Source: Bacteroidales bacterium
GTDB taxonomy: Bacteria > Bacteroidota > Bacteroidia > Bacteroidales > VadinHA17
Assembly: GCA_025358455.1 (NCBI GenBank)
Contig: JANYJP010000017.1
Span: 38,781 to 102,780, forward strand
DNA length: 64,000 bases
Direction: 5' to 3'
Below the pieces are notes generated by a model. That model searched no databases. It was not told the origin of the DNA and saw only the letters and a program-made list of their open reading frames with translations. This document shows, piece after piece, positions 38,705 through 45,479 of the stretch. The stretch's first letter is position 1. Each line of letters starts with the position of its first letter. A program made the position numbers and the translations under genes.

Positions 38705-38749
38705 CGGGAATAAGGAAATCTCTTTTCTTTAATTTTAAAACTTTAGAAA

Positions 38750-38917
38750 ATGATTTCAAAAATGCTTTTAATTGCCGCCCTGATTCTTATGATTTTCTGG
38801 GCTATTGGATTCTGGATTTTTCATCTGGATTCAATTATTCACATAACATTTATTTTTGTAGTTCTTTTCTTAACCATGAGTTACTCATTAGTAAAAAGCA
38901 ACTACAATAAATTCTGA
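38750..38917 (+). CDS. Second, divergent lmo0937-like small membrane protein (55 aa; below the ORF-track cutoff)
   Basis: Hand translation gives MISKMLLIAALILMIFWAIGFWIFHLDSIIHITFIFVVLFLTMSYSLVKSNYNKF. It shares the two-helix layout and the 'W.IGF...H...IIH' spacing of ORF 22468. It starts 45 nt after the cgs stop. Confidence 0.5.
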   Translation: MISKMLLIAALILMIFWAIGFWIFHLDSIIHITFIFVVLFLTMSYSLVKSNYNKF

Positions 38918-39020
38918 TACCATTGCGGATTTAGAGTAAATGTACCGGAACCATATTAAACAGGGTTGCGTAATACAGACCAACACCCTTAGATAAAACT
39001 TATAAGCAAGGCTGTTAATG

Positions 39021-39085
39021 TGTGAATAATACAACTCTTTTGTTTCATTGTGTAATACTTTCCAGTATTTAAGATTTCACCTTTG
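39021..39085 (+). promoter_or_regulatory. Class-2 stress module, copy C
   Basis: TGTGAATAATACAAC-N15-TGTAAT-N21-CACCTTTG. It ends 41 nt before the ATG at 39127. Confidence 0.6.
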
Positions 39086-39126
39086 TATTCATGTGATAAT
39101 CCATTCACATTGTAATAAATAATGAC

Positions 39127-39504
39127 ATGAAAAATATTGATTTCGTTCAAAATGATGCACAAAATGCTCGTAAAAGCCTGAAAAAGTTCATTTATATAAT
39201 GGGTTTTATAGGAATAGCATTGCTGGCTAATTCCTGCGTTCTTGGTTATGTTGCAACAGAACCTGTTTATGTGGAATCTGTAAGGCCTTCCCGTCCGAGT
39301 AATCTTTCTATCTGGATAGACGGTGATTGGGTGTATAACCGTCAATCTCATCTATATTCACGGAACGCGGGCTATTGGGAAATGCCAAGTCAGAACAGGA
39401 CGTATGTTAGCGGTCGCTGGCAATCAGGGCCACAGGGCAAATATTGGGAAAGAGGTCGTTGGCAGCGTAATGGCCGTCAGGCTAAACATAACAACCAAAG
39501 ATGA
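39127..39504 (+). CDS. Small lipoprotein with WxxGxW-type repeats
   Basis: Lipobox-like 'IALLANSC'. It has 'WIDGDW' and 'WERGRW' (WxxGxW) plus the related 'YVSGRW', and a basic tail. Confidence 0.55.
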   Translation: MKNIDFVQNDAQNARKSLKKFIYIMGFIGIALLANSCVLGYVATEPVYVESVRPSRPSNLSIWIDGDWVYNRQSHLYSRNAGYWEMPSQNRTYVSGRWQSGPQGKYWERGRWQRNGRQAKHNNQR

Positions 39505-39639
39505 ATATTCTGACATAAGTTAAAGTGTGATATCCGAACTTGTAAAATTTAAACATTGAAGCATATACTTACCAGATTAAAAATCTTTGTAACTATATAC
39601 TTTTTTGTTTAACCTTTGTTTAATAAAAAAATCACTGAA

Positions 39640-40536
39640 ATGTTTATCGATTATTACAAGGTTCTGGGATTAGATAAAAAGGCAGCCCAGAAGGATATCA
39701 AAAGCGCCTACCGAAAATTAGCCAGGAAGTACCACCCTGACTTAAATCCGAATAATAAAGATGCAAAAAGGAACTTCCAGGAGATCAATGAAGCAAATGA
39801 GGTACTAAGTGACCCCGCGAAACGAAAGAAGTACGATCAATATGGGAAGGATTGGCAACATGCTGATGAGTTTAAGAAAGGCGGCCAGTATCAGGAACAA
39901 TCGTCAGCTTCACGCAGACCGGATTATTCCACGACTCAAAACGAAGGAGAGTTCTCTGACTTCTTTGAGTCTCTCTTTGGCGGATTTGGAGGCAGTAGAA
40001 GCACCAGACAGGTAAAATACAGAGGAGAAGATTACAATGCTGAATTGAAACTTGATTTGAAGGAGGCATATGAAACACACAAACAGACATTTACCGTTAA
40101 CGGTGAAAAAATAAGGATTACTATTCCTGCCGGAATTGAAAATGGGCAAACAATAAAAATTTCCGGCCATGGCGGATCAGGAATAAACGGAGGTCCCAAT
40201 GGTGATCTTTATATTAAATTTTTTATCGATAACGATCCACGGTTCAAACGCGCTGGAAATGATTTATTCACTTCAGTTGATCTGGATATATATACTGCAA
40301 TATTAGGCGGCGAAATCATTATTGATACACTTGACGGGAAAGTAAAATTAAAAGTTAAGCCTGAAACACAAAATGGAAGTAAAGTAAAGTTAAAAGACAA
40401 AGGTTTTCCTGTTTATAAAAACAAGGAGATGCACGGAGATTTATATTTAACCTATTCAATTAAAATTCCAACTAATCTGACTGAAAAACAAAAAGAGTTG
40501 TTTTCTGAGTTGTCAAATATCAATCTTAAAAAATAA
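39640..40536 (+). CDS. cbpA: CbpA-type DnaJ co-chaperone (J domain plus C-terminal substrate-binding domains, no zinc finger)
   Basis: 'DYYKVLGLDKKAAQKDIKSAYRKLARKYHPDLN' contains the HPD motif. A G/F-like linker and DnaJ_C repeats ('GEDYNAELKLDLKEAY', 'GDLYIKFFI') follow. The ATG at 39640 is preferred over the track's TTG at 39616. Confidence 0.85.
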   Translation: MFIDYYKVLGLDKKAAQKDIKSAYRKLARKYHPDLNPNNKDAKRNFQEINEANEVLSDPAKRKKYDQYGKDWQHADEFKKGGQYQEQSSASRRPDYSTTQNEGEFSDFFESLFGGFGGSRSTRQVKYRGEDYNAELKLDLKEAYETHKQTFTVNGEKIRITIPAGIENGQTIKISGHGGSGINGGPNGDLYIKFFIDNDPRFKRAGNDLFTSVDLDIYTAILGGEIIIDTLDGKVKLKVKPETQNGSKVKLKDKGFPVYKNKEMHGDLYLTYSIKIPTNLTEKQKELFSELSNINLKK

Positions 40537-40541
40537 AACTA

Positions 40542-40838
40542 ATGAAAAAAGATAGTTTGATAAGCGCAAGAGAGTTCTGTAGCAGTCACAACATTGAGAT
40601 ATCATTTATCAGTTCACTTGAGGAATATGGATTGATAGAAATGGAAACTATTGATAAATCAATTTTCATTCATCAAAGCCAGTTGCAGGAGCTGGAAAAA
40701 ATTGTTCGCTTTTATTACGAGTTGGAGATTAACCTTGAAGGTATTGAAGCGATTACCTACCTGTTAAACCGAAGTAACGAAATGCAGAACGAAATTATAA
40801 CACTACGGAATAAGCTTCGTTTATATGAGGATATTTAG
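40542..40838 (+). CDS. cbpM: CbpM-like chaperone modulator (MerR-like fold)
   Basis: 98 aa, 5 nt after cbpA. 'FCSSHNIEISFISSLEEYGLIE' and 'LEINLEGIEAITYLLNR' resemble CbpM. The cbpA-cbpM gene order is conserved. Confidence 0.7.
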   Translation: MKKDSLISAREFCSSHNIEISFISSLEEYGLIEMETIDKSIFIHQSQLQELEKIVRFYYELEINLEGIEAITYLLNRSNEMQNEIITLRNKLRLYEDI

Positions 40839-41012
40839 CCAGCGCCTGGAATAAATATTCATGCATTTTAGATACTAAGAATTATAATAGATTAAAATCC
40901 TGATATCAGGATCTGTAGATATTAATTATCTGTAAGGAATGTTTTATTTCTGACCATACATTATACAACTTCCTTATTATCTGATTCTTACCTTCTTTTT
41001 TAATAATTTCAT

Positions 41013-41080
41013 ATTAACGTCTTCTTAATTTCATCTTAATTAAGACTTAATGTCCTTCGCATCTATTTGGCATATTTTTG
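41013..41080 (+). promoter_or_regulatory. Class-1 module: phased hexamers ATTAAC/CTTAAT/CTTAAT/CTTAAT, then N21, then TATTTTTG
   Basis: Hexamers start at 41013, 41024, 41035 and 41046, an exact 11-bp period. A 21-nt spacer follows, then TATTTTTG (41073-41080). It ends 98 nt before the ATG of regulator paralog 3. Confidence 0.6.
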
Positions 41081-41178
41081 AAGGTAGTAAAGAGAGACTT
41101 AAAATACCCTCACAAGTACTACCAATCTGAGAAGCTAATAAGGGATTATGTTTTTAAGAAATAAAAAAGACAAGAACT

Positions 41179-41748
41179 ATGAAAATATTAATTAAAAACA
41201 TGGTAAGCAATCGTTGCATAATGGTTGTTAAATCAGCTCTGGAAAAACTAAATATTCCTTATAGCTCACTGGAACTGGGTGAAGTTGATCTTTCAGAAAA
41301 CATCTCAGAGGAAAAATTGAGATCGTTTGACAGTAATCTGAGATTTTATGGCCTTGAAGTAAAAGAGGATAAAAAAAGTCAGCTTGTTGAAAAAATTAAA
41401 TCTGCTATAATTGAGCTGGTACATGATTCGGAAGATCAGACTAAAGTAACTCTTTCGGAATATTTAAGCCGGAAACTAAGCTACAACTGTACATATCTGT
41501 CAAACCTTTTTTCTGAATCACAGGGCACTTCCATAGAAAAGTTCTTTATTAACAATAAAATTGAACATGTAAAAGAATTGCTGATAAATGACGGACTGAA
41601 TCTTAAAGAAATTTCATACAGAACAAGTTATAGCAGCGTTGCACACCTCTCGTACCAATTCAAAAAAACTACAGGCCTGGCTCCTTCAGAATACAGACAC
41701 TTGCAGAATAAGAATCGTGTCGCACTTCAACATGTCAGTTTCTTATAG
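41179..41748 (+). CDS. Small regulator paralog 3: HMA-like N-domain (CxxC degenerated to SxxC) plus AraC-type double HTH
   Basis: 'MKILIKNMVSNRCIMVVKSALEKLN' parallels paralog 2. The C-terminus has 'YNCTYLSNLFSESQGTSIEKFFINNKIEHVKELL' and 'LKEISYRTSYSSVAHLSYQFKKTTGLAPSEY'. Confidence 0.75.
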   Translation: MKILIKNMVSNRCIMVVKSALEKLNIPYSSLELGEVDLSENISEEKLRSFDSNLRFYGLEVKEDKKSQLVEKIKSAIIELVHDSEDQTKVTLSEYLSRKLSYNCTYLSNLFSESQGTSIEKFFINNKIEHVKELLINDGLNLKEISYRTSYSSVAHLSYQFKKTTGLAPSEYRHLQNKNRVALQHVSFL

Positions 41749-41975
41749 TTTTCTCCCATAATTTATGACTTTGGAAATACTTAAACCCTTCCACTGCACA
41801 TTTCATCGGACCTGAACGTCATCGTTGCCGGCTTGACAAAGTGGCAAAGCTGGAATCAAAAATCTTTTGTTGCAATTAAAATTTGTAGTAAATTTAGATT
41901 TGCATTTTTCTATCTGATCTGATAGTCATATGGTTAAAACTATGCTTTAGACTATTATAAAATAAAGACTCACAA

Positions 41976-44270
41976 ATGGAAAATCTTACTTTAAATGCTG
42001 CAAACAAGAATTTATCTCCCTGGTGGAGAAGAGGTATAATTATTATTCTGATACTGGAATTTGCCATACTCATTTGGGTTAGTACCGGCAGTTATTATAG
42101 AAAAAATCAACCTCCCGTACCTGAAAAGGTGGTAAACGCCTCAGGATCGTTAATAATTGAAGGTACTTCAATAAAGGCAGGGCAGGAATTATTCCTGAAA
42201 AAAGCTCTGATGAATAACGGTAGTATATGGGGTCATGGAGCCTATCTGGGACCTGATTTTTCAGCTCAGTATTTACATAATCTTACTGTTGAAGTAAGAA
42301 ATTACATATCGCTTCAAAAGTTTAATACTGTCTTTGCGAATCTTACTCCTGACCAGAAAGAATCCCTACCGGGTTTAACTCATGATTTATTATCTGAAAA
42401 CCGTTATAATCCGGAAAATCATAACCTGGTGTTCACCGAACCGGAAATAAAGTCTTTTAATGAACAGCTATCATTCTGGCAGGATTATTTTCAACATCCG
42501 GAAGCAAACAGGGGATTGTCAAGGAATTTGATTTCTGACCAGGAAGAGTTCCGGCAGATCACGTCATTTTTTGCCTGGGCTGCATGGGCAACAACGGCAA
42601 AAGTACCAGGCAGAAATTATTCTTATACAAATAATTTCCCTTATGAACCTCTCATTGGGAATGGACCTTCAAGTGCAACTATTTTGTGGAGTGCATTAAG
42701 CCTGATTACCCTGTTAGCCGGCGTTGCGCTGATATTGTTTTTCTTTGGACGGTTTAATTATCTTGGCTGGAAAGAAAAAACAGGATTTGCCCCTCCCCAA
42801 ATGATTCCCGGGAAACCAACTGCAATTGAACGTGCATCTTTAAAATTTTTCATATTAGCAGTTTTAATTCTTCTGGTTCAAACATTAGCCGGAGGCGCCA
42901 TGGCTCATTATTTTGCTGATCCAAAGGGATTTTTTGGATTTGATCTATCAACCATATTCCCGACAAACATTCTTCGATCGTGGCATTTACAGGCTGCAAT
43001 TCTCTGGATTGCAACTGCATTCATCGGAGGTGGATTATTTATGTCATCCGTTTTATCAAAAAAAGAACCAAAAGCTCAGATCCCTTTAATTAATTTCCTG
43101 TTTGTTGCGCTCGCAATTCTAGTTTTAGGAAGTCTCCTGGGAGAATACCTCGGAGTGAAGGATTTATTGAAGAGGTTATGGTTCTGGCTGGGTAACCAGG
43201 GATGGGAATATCTCGAAATTGGCCGTGGCTGGCAGGTATTAATGGCTATCGGCCTCATATTGTGGGTTTTTCTTCTTTTCCGGGTGGTACGACCAAATAA
43301 AAAAGACCCGGAAGAAAGGGAGCTGAAAATCCTGTTTCTGATTGCAGCTTTTGCAATTCCGTTTTTTTATCTTCCTGCATTTTTCTTTGGTTCTTCTACT
43401 AATTTTTCAACTGTTGATACATGGCGATTCTGGATAATTCATCTTTGGGTAGAAGGATTTTTTGAAGTCTTTGCTACTGTTATGGTCGCGATTATGTTCT
43501 ATAAACTGGGTCTAGTACAAAAGCAAACTGCAACACGGATTATCTACCTCGATGCTGTTCTGTTTTTAGGTGCAGGAATATTAGGAACAGGGCATCACTG
43601 GTATTGGAATGGCCAGACATCAATTTCCATGGCCTTATCAGCTTCTTTTTCAGCTATGGAAGTGGTGCCTTTGATCCTGCTAACTCTTGAAGCTTCGGAC
43701 TTCGCCAAGTTAATGAGTTTAAAGACTGACGAGTCAGGGAAGAGATTACCCTTCCCGCACAAATGGTCATTTTATTTCTTAATCGCTGTAGGAATTTGGA
43801 ATTTTATTGGAGCCGGAATATTCGGATTTTTGATAAACCTGCCCGTAATAAGTTATTACGAAACAGGTACAAACCTTACTCCCAACCATGGTCATGCAGC
43901 ATTAATGGGAGTATTCGGAATGCTTGGTATTGCTTTTATAGTGTTCGCGATCAGGCAGGTTTCTACTGCTGATCATTGGAATAGTATTGAAAAATATGTA
44001 AAAATATCATTCTGGGGACTAAATATTGGACTGGCAGGTATGATAATCCTGCAGTTATTCCCTGCCGGAGTACTGCAATTAATTGATGTGTTAAATAATG
44101 GATACTGGCATGCCAGAAGCCTTGAATTCTCAGGTCAGAAACACATTATAAACCTTGCCTGGTTACGATTACCTGCTGATATATTGTTTATAGCAGCCGG
44201 GGTATTACCTCTTTTATACGCCGTTATCTCAACTTATATCCACATGAGGAAATCAGGAAGAGAAATTTAA
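41976..44270 (+). CDS. norB: Quinol-type nitric oxide reductase large subunit (qNOR/NorZ-like, haem-copper oxidase superfamily)
   Basis: 764 aa. It has an N-terminal TM helix plus a periplasmic extension ('GQELFLKKALMNNGSIWGHGAYLGPDFSAQYLH'), then a 12-TM catalytic core with conserved His residues ('GHHWYW', 'NHGHAALMGVFG'). Confidence 0.85.
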   Translation: MENLTLNAANKNLSPWWRRGIIIILILEFAILIWVSTGSYYRKNQPPVPEKVVNASGSLIIEGTSIKAGQELFLKKALMNNGSIWGHGAYLGPDFSAQYLHNLTVEVRNYISLQKFNTVFANLTPDQKESLPGLTHDLLSENRYNPENHNLVFTEPEIKSFNEQLSFWQDYFQHPEANRGLSRNLISDQEEFRQITSFFAWAAWATTAKVPGRNYSYTNNFPYEPLIGNGPSSATILWSALSLITLLAGVALILFFFGRFNYLGWKEKTGFAPPQMIPGKPTAIERASLKFFILAVLILLVQTLAGGAMAHYFADPKGFFGFDLSTIFPTNILRSWHLQAAILWIATAFIGGGLFMSSVLSKKEPKAQIPLINFLFVALAILVLGSLLGEYLGVKDLLKRLWFWLGNQGWEYLEIGRGWQVLMAIGLILWVFLLFRVVRPNKKDPEERELKILFLIAAFAIPFFYLPAFFFGSSTNFSTVDTWRFWIIHLWVEGFFEVFATVMVAIMFYKLGLVQKQTATRIIYLDAVLFLGAGILGTGHHWYWNGQTSISMALSASFSAMEVVPLILLTLEASDFAKLMSLKTDESGKRLPFPHKWSFYFLIAVGIWNFIGAGIFGFLINLPVISYYETGTNLTPNHGHAALMGVFGMLGIAFIVFAIRQVSTADHWNSIEKYVKISFWGLNIGLAGMIILQLFPAGVLQLIDVLNNGYWHARSLEFSGQKHIINLAWLRLPADILFIAAGVLPLLYAVISTYIHMRKSGREI

Positions 44271-44559
44271 TAATAATGCAATTCGACCAATAAAAAACAT
44301 AACTCACTCAGAGCCCTTGTCAACAGGAAAGCTAATTAAAATGAATAAGGACAAAAAAGGGGGAATCCTAATCTTAAAATCTATGAATGATATAAATCTT
44401 TAAGGAAATTATGTAATGCTTTTGATGCAAAATGGACACAACTTGCGGAAGTCAATACTGGTCATTATTCGAATAGCTCATTTCAGTATTAATATGTTAA
44501 ATTCCAATATGATCAGAGGAAGATATAGTTGATTTATTAAGATTATTAACAATCCCGAT

Positions 44560-44988
44560 ATGAAACAAAAAGCAGGTTTGTGGATTGACCACAGGAAAGC
44601 GGTCATAGTTAATATATATGACCAAAAGGTTGAAAAGATAACACTTGAATCTACTGTTGAAAAACAACTCGGACGTGTCAATGGTATCCGATCTTTGGAT
44701 CACTTCGAAAACCAGATGGTATTAGCGGACGATACACGGGAAAAAAAATTCAAAAACAATATTGCTAAATACTATAATCTTGTTTGCTCTAAAATAAAAG
44801 AAGCTGAATCTGTTGTGATATTCGGTCCGGGAGAAGCCAAACTGGAGCTTAGAAAATTTATTAAAAAAAATAACCAGGCAAAAAAACTTATTGAAATTGT
44901 TTCTGCCGATAAAATGACCGATCATCAGATAACTGCTAAAATACTTAGCCATTTCGGAGTTGAGAATGCAACTGTAATTAATAGGTAA
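44560..44988 (+). CDS. Hypothetical cytoplasmic protein
   Basis: 142-aa ORF with compact coding-like composition. 'GLWIDHRKAVIV...VVIFGPGEAKLELRKFI' is loosely reminiscent of eRF1/host-attachment-like folds, but I cannot assign a family. Confidence 0.4.
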   Translation: MKQKAGLWIDHRKAVIVNIYDQKVEKITLESTVEKQLGRVNGIRSLDHFENQMVLADDTREKKFKNNIAKYYNLVCSKIKEAESVVIFGPGEAKLELRKFIKKNNQAKKLIEIVSADKMTDHQITAKILSHFGVENATVINR

Positions 44989-44998
44989 AAATCAAATA

Positions 44999-45063
44999 TG
45001 TGAATAATACAACATTTTTCGAAAGTTTCGTAACAGTTGTGTAAGCAAATCTTCTCAACTTTA
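44999..45063 (+). promoter_or_regulatory. Class-2 stress module, copy D
   Basis: TGTGAATAATACAAC-N15-CGTAAC-N21-CAACTTTA. It ends only 19 nt before the ATG at 45083. Confidence 0.55.
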
Positions 45064-45082
45064 ATCTTATAAAATTAAGAAT

Positions 45083-45421
45083 ATGAAAAAAGATACCACC
45101 AGCCCGAAGAAGGTCAGCGAGAAGGAGAGAAATGAAGATCTCCCTGGTTATCCAGAATATTCTGAAGATGATGATATCTATTTTAAAGGTAAGGAAGAAA
45201 AGGACATCGACCCTGAAGATATATTGGAGAAAAAAGCGACAGGCAAAAAGGGGAAGCCATTCCCGAATGATCAGGACTATTATGAATCTGGCAGTGATCT
45301 GGACGTTCCCGGTTCTGAACTGGACGACGAACTGGAAATGATTGGAAGCGAAGATGAGGAAAACAATTACTATAGTTTGAGCGATGATAATATTGATGAT
45401 GAGGAAGATCTTCTGGAGTAA
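45083..45421 (+). CDS. Highly acidic low-complexity protein
   Basis: 112 aa, rich in D and E ('DLPGYPEYSEDDDIYF', 'GSELDDELEMIGSEDEENNYYSLSDDNIDDEEDLLE'). No TM helix or signal peptide. It is the first gene after module D. Confidence 0.5.
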   Translation: MKKDTTSPKKVSEKERNEDLPGYPEYSEDDDIYFKGKEEKDIDPEDILEKKATGKKGKPFPNDQDYYESGSDLDVPGSELDDELEMIGSEDEENNYYSLSDDNIDDEEDLLE

Positions 45422-45479
45422 TCAAAAAGTAATATAATCCCTGAAATATTAATTAAGTAAGTGTAATTTATTTAAAAAA

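Noticed and set aside
38989-39351. 120-aa minus-strand ORF overlapping class-2 module C and the 5' half of ORF 39127..39504
   Set aside because: Its product has an implausible composition (Cys, Ile, His and Tyr-rich, with no motifs). It overlaps a plus-strand lipoprotein gene that has a lipobox and WxxGxW repeats, and it overlaps a conserved promoter-like module.
39526-39590. Possible class-2 module upstream of cbpA (TGTGATATCCGAAC ... AATCTTTGTAAC)
   Set aside because: The -7-like box is displaced by 1 nt relative to the invariant spacing. Offsets 30-35 read TTGAAG rather than TGTAAC, and the first box matches poorly. It is more simply an ordinary TAnnTTTG-type promoter for cbpA.
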